A DNA stretch of 64,000 nt, taken from the NCBI GenBank assembly GCA_963823665.1, contig CAWGMQ010000004.1, positions 1,152,001 to 1,216,000 on the forward strand, given 5' to 3'. Positions within the stretch are counted from its first letter, which is position 1, and every line of letters begins with the position of its first letter. The notes beneath the pieces were generated by a model that was given only the letters and a program-made list of their open reading frames with translations, had not been told where the DNA came from and ran no database searches. The position numbers and the translations under genes were made by a program. This DNA comes from an uncultured Planctomycetota bacterium. Its GTDB lineage: Bacteria > Planctomycetota > Planctomycetia > Isosphaerales > Isosphaeraceae. Shown in pieces: positions 26,188-37,434 of the stretch.

Positions 26188-26385
26188 TCACAGCCGCGCA
26201 CTTTGGCGCGTCAGCGCTCGTTCACGCGTGCAAAGGGCGACCGAAAAGAGTTGTTTGAACCCGCGAGGCACGCAAGCGATAAGCTGCGAGCCTGCTGACC
26301 CCGCGGCCTGCCTCTCGATGCTCTCGGCCCAGTCCCGGAATATCAGATGATAAAGCTCTGCCATCCGGTCATAGAAATCGTTCAT
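26188..26385 (-). pseudogene. Possible N-terminal fragment of a class I SAM-dependent methyltransferase
   Basis: MNDFYDRMAELYHLIFRDWAESIERQA resembles the start of such enzymes, but the SAM-binding motif does not follow. Confidence 0.45.
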
Positions 26386-26574
26386 CGGGAGGACTCATTG
26401 GCCGAGCGCACGGATCGCCGCTTTGGCTCGTTGCTAAACCGTCCGCCACATGCGTTCTGATATCGAAGACTTCCGCGACGCGCTCGAAACGTCGTTGTAT
26501 CATTCACCAATGGCCATTCAAAACCGTGAATTGTCAAAGAACTCAAAACGTGCAGCATTCAGGCACCGTGATCC

Positions 26575-27090
26575 TTAGCGGCTTCGCGCGAACGGCTCTT
26601 CCGGGAAAACCAGGTCCAGCTAGAGCAACGGGAACTCGGGCCGGTTTCGGAACGGGTCGAGGGAGACATCTCGCGCCATCGCTTTGGCGTCGCGGTACCC
26701 CGCGGCCGCGGCCCGGCGGAGCAGTTCCATCGCCTTGCCGGCCTCGGCCTCACTGTTGCCGCCAGAGATCCCCGAGTCCTTGCGGCCGGCTGCCGCAGCC
26801 AGCGCGGCGTGGCAGCAGGCCAGCTCGTACCAATGCTCGCCCGAACGGGACCGCAGCTTATCGGACAAGGCCGCCGCTCGCCGGGTCTCTGAAATCGCGC
26901 CGGCAGCGTCTCCGCTGCCCCATCGCAACAGCCCCAGTCGGCGCACGCTCTTGGCCAGGCCGTTGCGGTACAGCACGACGTTGGGGTCGCCGTTGACCAG
27001 CTCCTCGCGGACCGCGATCGCGCGTTCGTAGCGCTCCCGTGCCTCGGCGATCCGGCCCATCGCGCGAAGGAGCAGCTCCCAGCCACCGCG
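26575..27090 (-). pseudogene. C-terminal TPR remnant of a kinase-TPR gene with an internal stop
   Basis: YELACCHAAL...AMELLRRAAAAGYRD...LDPFRNRPEFPLL*LDLVFPEEPFAR is paralogous to the C-terminus of the neighbouring kinase. In-frame TAG at 26620-26622; no N-terminal part. Confidence 0.75.
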
Positions 27091-27358
27091 GCGTCCCGAG
27101 CACGACCGACCACGACACGGCACCGAAGATCGCGCGAAGGGAGCGTCGCATCGGGTGTATTTTCGCATGAATTCGCTGTCCGTTCAAATTCACCCGTTTG
27201 CCCTCGCTTATATTCACAGATTCGCATATCCAATCGAAACGCAACGTCGATGGTCCCGCTCCCTCGTGCGCTCGCATCGCACATGAACTCCTCTTCACAT
27301 CTCGCCGCTGAGGACGCAATCGCCTCGCGGCCAACGGCACGGTCCGAGGCCATGAACA

Positions 27359-30300
27359 TCAGCGGCCTCGCACCAGTGGATCCTTGGGGAATGCCAGGTC
27401 GAGCAACAGAAGCCGGAAGTCCTCCCGGCCCCGAAGCGGGTCCAGTGCCGTTTCGGCGCGGTAGGCTCCGGCGTTGCGATAGCCCATCCCCGCCGCCTGA
27501 TGCAGCAGGGCCATCGCCTGCTCGGCATGCGTTTCCCGCTCGACGGCCGCCACGCCCGTCCCGACCACCCCGGCGACGGACGAGAGCAAAGCGTGGCAGC
27601 CAGCGTAGTAGTAGACGTATTCCCCATCCAGATTTGATACGGTCTTGAAAAGAGCCATCGCCCGTTTCCAGTCGGCCGACGCCCCGGCGATGTCCCCCGC
27701 CGCGTGGCGCGCCTGTCCAAACCGGAGGAGGCTTTCCGCCAGGTTCTTTCGATACTGCGGCACGTTCGCTTCGGCACGGACGAGCGCCTGCGCAGCGCCA
27801 CCGCATGCTCGCAGTGCGCCCGTGCCTCGGCCGGCCTTCCCAGCCGCAGCAGAACGGTCGCGCAGTTTGTGTCGCAGTTCGCCAGGCTGTCCCTGAAGCT
27901 GGGAACGCTCGGGTTGGCGCTGGCGAGCGCCTGCCGGATCGCCTCCTCACGCGAAAAATAATCGATGGCCTCGCCTGGCTTTCCAGCCTTGAGAAGTAGC
28001 CATCCCAGGTCGGTCAGGCTGTTCGCCACGTCAGCCCGGAATTCGATCACGCTCGGATTGGCCTCGGCGAGTCGCTGCCGGATCGCTAGCGCCCAGCCGT
28101 GCGCTTCACCTGCCCCTGGCATATCGCCTCTCGCGGATAGCAAGTTGCCGATCGTCTCATCTGTGTTTGCCAGGTCTTGCTGGAACTCGGTGACACTGGG
28201 GTTGGCATCCGCCAGCTTCTGCCGGATGACCAGTGCTTGGCCGTGGGCCTCGAGCGCGCCGGCGGGGTCGCCCGTCTCTTGCCGCAGGATACCGATGTTG
28301 TAATGACTTCTTGCCAGTTCGAGCTGGAAAGTCGTCACGCTGGGGTTGGCTTCCGCCAGCTTCTGTTGAATGGCCAGTGCCTTGCCGCAGGCCGCCTGCG
28401 CCCTGGCCAGGTCGCCGATTCGCGACAGCATCGCGCCGATATTGTTGTGGCTCATCGCCATCTCCCGTTGGAGCTCGGCGCCGCTGGGGCTGGCATCCGC
28501 CAACCTCTGCTGGATCTCGAGCGCCTGCACAAACGAGTCCCGCGCGGCAGCAAAGTCCCCCATCTGGGATAGCAGGGCACCAATGTTGTTGTGGCTCATC
28601 GCCACCTCCCGCTGGAACCCAACGACGGCACGGTTCGCCTCAGCCTGCTTCTTCGCGATCGCCAGCGCCTTGTCGTATGCCGCTCGCGCCCCGGCCAGGT
28701 CGCCCGTTGCAGCCTGCAAGTTGCCCAGGTAGTTGAGGCTCTTCGCCAGTTCTTGCCAGAAGTGAATGACATTGGGATTCGTGTCAGACAACTTCTCGCG
28801 GATCACGATCGCCTTGCCGTAGGCCGCCCGTGCCCCCGCCACATCACCCGTCCTCGACAGCAGGGAGCCGAGATTGTTGAAGCCGTTAGCCAGCTCGTCC
28901 TGGAACATGGTGACGGTCGGATTTCGGTCCGCCAGTCTTTGCCGGATGGCGAGCGACTTGTCATAAGCCGCCCGCGCGCTGACGGGGTCGCCGGTCTCGG
29001 CCAGCACGAGCCCAATGCTCATCTGGGTCCAGGACAGGTCAAGCTGGAACTCGGTGACTTCACGGTCGCCCTCGGCTAGCTTTTGCTGGATCGGTAGCGC
29101 TTTGCGGTACGCCGCAAGTGCCTCTGAAGGGTTGCCCGTCCTGGACTGCAGGAGCCCGATGCTATTCTGGGCTGTCGCCACGTTCCGCTGGAAGTTTTTG
29201 TCGCCAGAGTTGCCCTCGGCAAGCTTTTGCTGGATCGCCAGCGCCTTGTCGTAGGCGGCCCGCGCGCCGGCCGGATCGCCCGTCTCCGCCAGCAAGTTGC
29301 CGGTCAACGAGTACGCCTTTCCCATCACATCCCGAGCTTGCTCACCCACCTCTCCATCCGTCCCGATCTCCCCCGCCACCTTCCGCGCTTGCTCGAGCGA
29401 TGCGAGCGCTCCAGCCATGTCTCCTGTCGCTTGCTGCAGCCACCCTGAGGCGTTCAGGCCCCGCGCCAGTTCAAGCTTGGTCCCGATATCTGCCGCCGGC
29501 TCCGACGCCAGCTCCCGATGCACCTTGAGCGCCTTCCGGTGCACCGCCAGTGCCGCAGCTTGGTCGCCGATCTTGGCCGTCAATTCGGCCAGTTCGACAT
29601 ACGCCTCTCCCAGCGCTGTGCGCGACTCGCGATCGGTTTGGCCTTTCACCAGATCTTCCAGCTTGCTGTAGAAGTCGGCTGCGCCCTTCAGCAGCTTCTT
29701 CCTCAGGCCGTCGAACTGTTTCTCCTTCATGAGCACGTCGTCGCTCACCTCGCCGTGGAAGACTTTGATCGCCTCCATCGCCAGGTTGAACCGCTGCTTC
29801 TCGCGCACGTTGGCCAGTTTCAACTCGGCGTTGGCCTCCGTGACCCGCCCGTTCGCAATCTCCAGGGCACTGTTGGCCTTCTGAAGCCTGACGTTGGCCC
29901 TGGTCTGAACAGCGAGCACGGCACCGGTGCCAACGAGCGCGACCAGCACCGACGCAGCCAGCGCGGCCACCACCGTCCGGTTCTGCCGCGCCCACCGCCG
30001 TGCCCGCCGTGCGAACGGCTCGCGCCAGGCGGTCACGGACTCGTCAGCCATCCATCGTTCCAGGTCGTCGGTCAGGTCCTTGGGTGTGGGATATCGGTCC
30101 TCGGGTGCCGTTGCCATTGCCTTCAGGCAGACCGCCTCCAAAGCCCTGTCAAGCGCGGGATCACGCTGCGACGGCCGCTGGAATCGGCCTTCCTGCACTG
30201 CGCGGAGCACCGCGCCGACGTCGTCGCCCTCGAACGGCGACTTGCCGGTCAGCAGACAGTAAAGTGTCGCGCCCAGGCTGTAAACGTCGGATCGCACGCC

Positions 30301-31320
30301 CATTCGCCTGAGGTCGCCCCGCGCCTGCTCCGGGCTCATGTAACCGGGAGTGCCCAGCACGCTCCCCGGCAGCGTCTCCGACGAACCGCTCGATACAGGG
30401 GCAAGCGTCCGCTCTTCCATCGATTCATCAGCCCGGCCAACCGTCTTGGCCAGCCCCCAGTCCACGACCAGCGTCTCACCATGCTTGCCCACGATGATGT
30501 TCGCCGGCTTCAAGTCGCGGTGAATCACCCCGCGCAAATGCGCGTAGTCGACAGCGTTGCAGACGTCGACGAACCGGCGAAGCATCCGGCGAAGCTCCAG
30601 CTCTCGGACACCGTTCGCTTGATGGAATTGCGTGATCGCCTCCTTGAGCGACTCACCCTTGATTAACCGCATCGCGTAGTACGGGCGGCCGAGGGCGTCT
30701 GTGCCCAGGCCGTAGACAGGAACGACACCCGGGTGCTCCAGCCCGCCGGTGATCTCGGCCTCCGTGACGAACCGCTGACGGCTCACCAGATCATCGGCAT
30801 GCTCCTCCAGGATCTGCTTCAGTGCCACCTCACGGTGCAGCTCGCCGTCGAGCGCCACGAAAACGGCTCCGAGCCCGCCGCGGGCGTGGGGCCGCAGGAT
30901 CCGGAACCGCTGCCCGCCCGACGTGGCCGAGCCGACGGCATAGCTCCCGGTGCGTTCTGCGTCATCGTACTCGTGGGTTGAATCCCGGCCCGAGCCAACG
31001 TGACCCAGCGTCGACTCGACGTCCGAGCCGCCGGCTCGCACGAGCCGTTCGCAAATCGAACGCCCAATCAAAAGAACGGAAAGGCTTTTCTCGGCGTCGC
31101 CGCCTGACGCCTGAACATGCAGACCAGCAATGGCCTCGACGACATCGCGGCGCGGAGCATCGAGGTGCCCGAGCTCGACGAGGTGTTCCGTCAGCGGCCG
31201 GGTTCTGTCGCGAGTCCAGGCAGCGAAGGCCGCAAACAGCCCCCCCTGGTCAATCAGGCCGTTCTGAAGAGCCAGGAGGCCGCAAAGCAGGTCGCGTGAC
31301 GGGTCAATCGATCGGGACAT
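27359..31320 (-). CDS. Ser/Thr protein kinase with TM helix and long TPR array; apparent 1-nt deletion near 27790
   Basis: RDLLCGLLALQNGLID N-terminus; [36 protein letters not shown]-like repeats. The C-terminus LDPLRGREDFRLLLLDLAFPKDP is in ORF 27359-27763. Confidence 0.88.
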
Positions 31321-31351
31321 GGTGACAACTCGCATTTGTTTTCACAGCCGC

Positions 31352-32215
31352 TCAGCGTTTGGCAGCCGCTTGGTTCGCCTTGCGAACGGCCTCGACCAGG
31401 GCGTCCCAGTAGGACGGGAGCCGGTCATAAGGGTTCGGGCCGACGTCGTCGGTGATGAACACGTAGCCGATTTTCAAGTCCGCCGCGCGGCGGAGCGACT
31501 TCTTCATCTGTTCCTCCGTGCTGACGTTGTGCGCCTGGGCGCAGAACCTCGATCCCGCGAATCGCGACGTCCAGGCTGGGAGCTGGAGCTCGTCAAATCC
31601 CCGCTCGCGCTCGAACAGGCTGATCACGTCCGAGGCCGGTCTTGCAGCGTAGCCTCGGTCGCACGAAGTGCCGGGGTTGGTCAAAACAATCGCGCCCTCG
31701 ATGTGCTCGTGTACGTAGCGGTAGAGCTCGGCATAGTAGTCCACGCCGCGGGCGTCACTGCTCTGCTCGTCAAAATGGAAACCCTGAAGATCCGGGTAGA
31801 ACCTCAAAAACGTGTCGACCTCCTTCTTCACCTGCTCCAAGGGCTTGCGCGTGTATTGCGTGCCGATATAGCCGACAAGCGCGACACCAGCTTTCCGAGC
31901 GCGGGGAAGGACCGCTGCAAAGTTGGTGTCGACGTGGTCGCCAGGCCCGCTGGCCGGGTTTACGATTGCAACGATCGGCACGACCTTCGCCGATGCAATC
32001 AGCCGGTTCCACTCTCGCAGACCGGGTCCGAACGGATAGTAATAGGCCGGGACCCAGAGCCGCATCTGGACCGTTTTCGCGTCGGCATCTGCCTTCTTCT
32101 TGCTCTTGGGCCGCTGAGCCGACACGGCCACTGAAGCAGATAACCCAACGACGACGAAGGCGATCAGAGACTTGCTGAACAACAGAGCCGGCAGACGCAC
32201 CGTGGAAAGACGCAT
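31352..32215 (-). CDS. Spherulation-specific family 4 protein (GH135/Sph3-like), secreted
   Basis: Signal-like N-terminus; VPAYYYP, IVNPASGPG, GYIGTQY, GFHFDE, TNPGT, FE, NPYDRLPSYW. RBS before ATG 32215. Confidence 0.88.
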   Translation of the reverse strand: MRLSTVRLPALLFSKSLIAFVVVGLSASVAVSAQRPKSKKKADADAKTVQMRLWVPAYYYPFGPGLREWNRLIASAKVVPIVAIVNPASGPGDHVDTNFAAVLPRARKAGVALVGYIGTQYTRKPLEQVKKEVDTFLRFYPDLQGFHFDEQSSDARGVDYYAELYRYVHEHIEGAIVLTNPGTSCDRGYAARPASDVISLFERERGFDELQLPAWTSRFAGSRFCAQAHNVSTEEQMKKSLRRAADLKIGYVFITDDVGPNPYDRLPSYWDALVEAVRKANQAAAKR

Positions 32216-32241
32216 GATCGGAGCCCCCTTTTGTCGACACC

Positions 32242-33690
32242 TCACCTGCCGGACGGTTTCTTCAGTCGCGGAAACACCCGATCCGGCAGCGGTTTGCCGG
32301 TCTCGCGATCGGCTTCGTCGGCCCTTAGCGTTTCGGGCATGACATCCCTCGTCGCCCGCATCCATTCCGCGAGCGCGCTTCGCATCTCGCTGATCGTCTT
32401 GGCGTACCTCGGGTCGCCGGCCAGATTGACCAGCTCGTGCGGATCGGTCTCGAGATCGTACAGTTCCTCCACGGTCCGCGGCGCCGCGAAGCATGCCCGC
32501 TGTGCTTCAGTCAACTTGCCCGCGTCACGGAGTCGGCGCATCGCTTGAAATGTCGGGCTTCGCACCGCGTCGGCCGGCGGTGTTAGCGCGCGGGTGCTGT
32601 CATCATTCTTGATGTATTTGAACCGTTCGGATCGGACCGCCCTGCCGTGGGACGCATAGTCGTGCCAGTTCCGCTCGGCGAAGATCAGCTCGTGCACCTT
32701 CGCCGTCGGGTCGGCGAACAGCGGCGAAAGATCCTCGCCCTGCACGCTCGGCCCGGGCTCAATTCCGGCGAGCCTGAGCATCGTCGGCGCGATGTCGATC
32801 GTGCTCACAAGGCTCCCGCATCGAGCTCCAGGCCGCACGCGGCCGGGCCACCGCACGATGAACGGCGTCCCGATGCCGCTGTCGTAAAGCGTTGTCTTGC
32901 AGCGCGGGAACGGCCGGCCATTGTCGCTCAGAAACAAGACAACCGTGTTATCCGCGATCCCCTGCCGGTCCAGTTCAGAAAGCACCTCGCCAACATGGTG
33001 ATCGAGCCGGCTGATCTCGTCGTAGTAGAGTGCCAGGTCTTCGCGCACTTCGGGTATGTCGGGAAGGTAGGGTGGAACCGTGACATCCTCGGGACGGTGC
33101 GGCGCAGCGATCGTCCCTCGCTCGTATTCCCGATGCGGGTCAATGGCGGCCAACCAGAGAAAAAAGGGCTTGCCCTTCGGTCGGTCGCGCAGCACAGGCA
33201 ACCACTGGTCGCAACCACTCTGCAACGCACCAGAGTCTCCGGCAGTCGTCCGCCCCGCATTGGCTTCCCGGATCACCTCGAAGCGCGCCTTCGCGAATGC
33301 GCCGAGGTGCCACTTGCCCGCTTGCGCGGTCCAGTAGCCCGCCGCACGCAGCTTTTCCACGAACGTCACCTGGTCCCGAGGCAACGGCGAATGCAGCTCT
33401 GCGGCACCAGTGTTGTGCGGATAGCGCCCCGTGATCATGCTCGAACGGCTGGGGCTGCACGAGCTGGCCGTGACAAAAGCACGGTCAAACCGCATGCCCT
33501 CTCGTGCCAGCCTATCGATGTGGGGTGTTTTGACCTTCAGGTTCCCATACGCCCCACAGTCGTCCCTGCCCATGTCGTCAGCAATGATCAAAACGACGTT
33601 CGGTCGAGCTTCCTGTGCGCAAGCCGGCGATGACGCAATCATTACGTTTGAACCGCACACCAGCAGCACCAAAGTAAACATTCTCATCAT
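32242..33690 (-). CDS. Sulfatase (sulfamidase-like), secreted; start approximate
   Basis: PNVVLIIADD, CSPSRSSMITGRYPH (CxPxR), GKWHLG, DPHR, FLSDNG, ELYDLETDPHELVNLA. Confidence 0.93.
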   Translation of the reverse strand: MMRMFTLVLLVCGSNVMIASSPACAQEARPNVVLIIADDMGRDDCGAYGNLKVKTPHIDRLAREGMRFDRAFVTASSCSPSRSSMITGRYPHNTGAAELHSPLPRDQVTFVEKLRAAGYWTAQAGKWHLGAFAKARFEVIREANAGRTTAGDSGALQSGCDQWLPVLRDRPKGKPFFLWLAAIDPHREYERGTIAAPHRPEDVTVPPYLPDIPEVREDLALYYDEISRLDHHVGEVLSELDRQGIADNTVVLFLSDNGRPFPRCKTTLYDSGIGTPFIVRWPGRVRPGARCGSLVSTIDIAPTMLRLAGIEPGPSVQGEDLSPLFADPTAKVHELIFAERNWHDYASHGRAVRSERFKYIKNDDSTRALTPPADAVRSPTFQAMRRLRDAGKLTEAQRACFAAPRTVEELYDLETDPHELVNLAGDPRYAKTISEMRSALAEWMRATRDVMPETLRADEADRETGKPLPDRVFPRLKKPSGR

Positions 33691-33899
33691 CGACCCTCGA
33701 ACGCCAAGTCGCATTGAACGATCCCGGGAAAGACGAAACTCCCGGTGCGGCGAGCCATTCCTCACGAATTTCAACAGTTCGATCCCCCGTCGACTCCGTC
33801 CTCCGCCCTCCGCTCTCTGTCCTGCATCCCGTCCGCTCGGGCCTGGTTCAATCGCGCCGCTGCTCGGGTAACACGTTGCGCACCCGTCCTGGCGACTAC

Positions 33900-33923
33900 A
33901 CTAGCCCGAAGTGTAAGCGAGGG
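33900..33923. repeat. REP-like dispersed element (half copy)
   Basis: ACTAGCCCGAAGTGTAAGCGAGGG resembles an intergenic repeat I recall from planctomycete genomes; single copy here. Confidence 0.35.
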
Positions 33924-34197
33924 TTCCGGTTAGTCTTGATCCCGCTTCGCGCTATTGCGCCGGCGCTGTTTCCCGCGATTGAACCGGGCCTCCTTTCGTT
34001 TTGATTATTTGACGATGCCCCATGGCTTGCAACGGTTAAGGAAACGACCTGGCGTCGCCGCAGGTCAGGCTTCAGCCTGACGATCTCCGCAAGACGGGAC
34101 CGCGATCGATCTGCGCAAAAGATGTCGACGTCGTCCATTTCGAGTGAGCAAGACACCAAATTCAGATCGCCCTCCACTCACCACCCACACCAGCGAT

Positions 34198-35987
34198 TTC
34201 GTTTTGTATATTTGTCTCGCGCCCTTACGCCACAAGGATTACGGGAACAGCACCCGGCCGTGCCGGTGACTGCGATCCGCTCTCCGTCCAGCGCCCTTGT
34301 CCCGGGCATCGGCTCCTCCAATCCAAAATCCAAAATCCAAAATGCGTTGTTCGTTTTGTAAATTCGTCGCGCACCGTTACGCCACAAGGATCACGGGAAC
34401 AGGGCCGCGGAGCACTGGTGGCTGCGATCCGTTCTCGACCAACAGGGGCTCCAGTCGTCTGAGGACCGTGCTCGCACGATGAGAATCCGCGATCAAGAGC
34501 TCGATCTCCCGTCCCGCCTCATCTCCGTGACTCACCGCATCACGCCCGCTCCAGCTCGTACTCGTACTCCCACTCTTACTCGTAATCATAACTCGCGAGC
34601 CCACCCTCAGTCCCGCCCGCTCCCCCGGCAACTGACCCCTGACAACTGACCACTGACAATCGCGCTCTCAAGCACGCCAGTGATCCGATCGCCGCGCCTT
34701 TCGCTCGCAGTTTCCGCATCAAAAAAAAGCCGCTCAAACATAGTGAACAACACGGCCGCATCGTTTTGGCAATTTGCGGTGGCATATGCCATGAGATTTT
34801 TCAATCGCCTGGAAACGCACACGCCAGCTCGGATCCTTTGATTTTGATTGGACATGCGAAGCGGCCGTCCCCGTTCCGAATGACCGCTCGAACGATCGAA
34901 AAGTGGCAAAAAGTGGCAATACTTAGAGGCCTGTAAAGCATCCGTACACAAGTGTAAATTGGCGGCTATCAGCGGCGGCCTGTGGTCGTCATCCATCGCG
35001 TGTCGAAGCTCGCTCAATGCAGTTGGAATCATGGTCTCTTTTCCGATGGACTGGATTTGAAAGAAGCAGCGGGTCGTCAAGCATCCCGAGCAGTAGATCA
35101 GACTTTCAACCTGACGTTCAGCAAGATCACCCCCTTCAGCCTGCAACGCGAACGATTTGCTCCCTGAGTTCCGAGCTGTTGGAGTTGGTCTCAGCGGTTC
35201 CCGCACCGCCCGCCGGCGCACGCGCGGCTCCTATCTAGATGATCTACAAAACCCCCGATCCGTTTGCGCCAAAGATGTGGTATTCGTCCATTTCGAGCGA
35301 GATTCCTCGGCCCTCCGTCCTCAAGCTCTTGTTGGGCGCGGGTCTCTGACCCCGCCCCGAGAGCGGGACCGAAGGTCTCGCTCCGCCCCCCACGCACGAT
35401 CGCCCTCCGTCCTCCGCCCTAGAGTTCGGGTGGGTTCGTTTTGTAAATTCGTCGCGCGCCCTTACGCCACAAGGATTACGGGAACACAACAGCGTTTCTC
35501 CCCTCGTGGAGGAGGTGCCGCCGCAATCGGTGGCGGGGGACTCGCGCGGGGGAACACCACGCAGCGCAGCTTCCCCGCGCGGCGAGTTTCAGTCTCGCCT
35601 AGCTGTCCCGCCACATCTCCGTGACCTCGGTGCACGCCATCGTTCATATTCTTGTCTGACTCCGCCATCATCCCCTGGCCCTGACCAGCGAGTTCGTTTT
35701 GTATAATTGTCGCGCGCCCTTACGCCACAAGGATTACGGGAACAGCGCTCGGCCGCGCCGGTCACTGCGGCCCGCTCTCCGTCCAGCGCCCGTGTCCTGG
35801 GCATTGGGTCCTCCAATCCAAAATCCAAAATGCCTCGTCCCCCGGCCCCATGCCTTTTCTCCGGGACGTCTGCGCACTCCGCGGTTCAAATTCTTGTCTG
35901 ACTCCGCCATCATCCCCCACCCCTGGCCAGCGAGTTCGTTTTGTATAATTGTCGCGCGCCCTTACGCCACAACGATTACGGGAACAG
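34198..35987 (+). repeat. Five copies of a ~53-bp non-coding repeat core
   Basis: TTCGTTTTGTA(TAATT/AATTC)GTCGCGCGCCCTTACGCCACAAGGATTACGGGAACA at 34198, 34350, 35435, 35693 and 35935. Confidence 0.92.
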
Positions 35988-36110
35988 CGCTCGGCCGCGC
36001 CGGTCACTGCGGCCCGCTCTCCGTCCAGCGGCCGTGTCCTGGGCATTGGGCCCTCCAAATCCAAAATCCAAAATGCCTCGTCCCCCGGCCCCATGCCTTT
36101 TCTCCGAGAC
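35648..36110 (+). repeat. Tandem ~242-bp direct repeat (2 copies; partial third copy at ~34190-34345)
   Basis: ATTCTTGTCTGACTCCGCCATCATCCCC at 35648 and 35890, near-identical through CCATGCCTTTTCTCCG. Confidence 0.92.
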
Positions 36111-36759
36111 TCGTCATAGTCCTTCATACATTGGCAACTTCCAATGGGACGAAATGGGACGAAATGGAACTCCTGACCCCAAAAACAGTCTCATTCTGAT
36201 CGCAGTTTTGAACCTCGTGCAATTGCTGCCCGGACCGCCCTCCAGCAGCACGGAAATGCTGTGAAGCAAGGAGGATAACGCCACAAGACCCGCTCGACGA
36301 TCCCGTGGCCCGCCCGGTGAAAACTCACCCTGCCCGCGGTCCACGCCCGTCCCACGCTCGGCGTCGCTCAAAAATCGAGTACCGTGCACTCCGCGCCGTT
36401 CCCCCTCCGCGGGCGCAGGCCACCCCCTGCGTTTCCGTCGCATGAGCATGATCACGACGCATTGAGATCCTCGAGCACACGCTCGAGCAAACGAAAAGAG
36501 CATTCGCGGTTCCAGATCAGAGGTGGGTGGTATCTCGCGCCGACTCCAGTGTCGGCGATCGAGATTGAGCTACATATAATATGTGACGGTTTTCCCGGAC
36601 TTGGCCATTTCGTGGCCCGGTAATCCGCGATTCTTATGCAGCTCGCAACGGATATAACGACCAACCCGATTGAAACCGCTGCTTTGCGCGTGACGCGGCT
36701 GAAAAACGGGGAATAACATCCGGCGCGATTCCCTCATCGAGCTGGTCGGCTCGGTCCGC

Positions 36760-37294
36760 TCGAGCGGATTGTCGGTGCCGCGATTGACCGTTTCGGCCGC
36801 ATCGATACCCTCGTCAATAACGCCGGCATCTCATCTCCAAGCCGTTCGTCGATTACACCGTCGCCGACTACACGGCGGTTCTGTCCGTGAACCTGGCGGG
36901 CTTCTTCCACCTCACGCAGAGGGTCGCCAGAGGGATGCTCGAGCGAGGGTCGGGCCACATCGTCAACATCACGGCGGCGCTGGCCGAGCATCCGCTGAAG
37001 GCGGTGCCCGCGGCGCTCGCGGCGTTAACCAAGGGTGGGCTCAACGCGGTCACCCGATCCCTGGCGATCGAGTTCGCCGACCGGGGCGTGCGGGTGAACG
37101 CGGTGGCGCCGAGCGTCATCAAGACCCCCATGCATACGGCGGAGACCCAGGAGTTCCTCAGCGGCATGCATCCCCTGGGACGCATCGGCGAGGTCCAGGA
37201 GGTCGTTGATGCCGTGCTCTACCTTGATTCGGCCGCCTTCGTGACCGGTGAGATCCTCCACGTCGATGGGGGCGCCCACGCCGGCCACTGGTGA
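36760..37294 (+). pseudogene. SDR family oxidoreductase, 5'-truncated and frameshifted near 36830
   Basis: FGRIDTLVNNAGI in one frame, then SKPFVDY...VNLAGFF...TKGGL...VRVNAVAP...FVTGEILHVDGG. The N-terminal TGxxxGIG motif is absent. Confidence 0.8.
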
Positions 37295-37406
37295 CCGACA
37301 GCGCCGACCTTTCACACCGGATTTCCAGTCCGGTACTTCTGCCACTGCCGCGGTATCGATCGGCAAAGGACGCATCGAGGAGCTGCCTCCACACGGGACA
37401 CGAGTG

Positions 37407-37428
37407 TGATACAATCCTGCTGAGGAGG
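37407..37428 (+). promoter_or_regulatory. Extended -10 promoter and RBS
   Basis: TG-A-TACAAT at 37407-37415 and GAGGAGG at 37422-37428, before ATG 37435. Confidence 0.55.
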
Positions 37429-37434
37429 CGGCCG

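Noticed and set aside
26529..26542. boxA-like GTTCTTTGACAATT on the minus strand
   Set aside because: A single short match with no rRNA or long operon downstream.
26559..27950. 463-aa minus-strand ORF
   Set aside because: Off-frame read across the kinase C-terminus, the intergenic DNA and the TPR remnant.
34198..35987. CRISPR array
   Set aside because: The repeats are ~53 bp with irregular spacing, the intervening sequences are themselves repeated, and I found no cas genes.
35699..36264. ORFs within the 242-bp repeats
   Set aside because: Translations of non-coding repeats; the frames are not preserved between copies.
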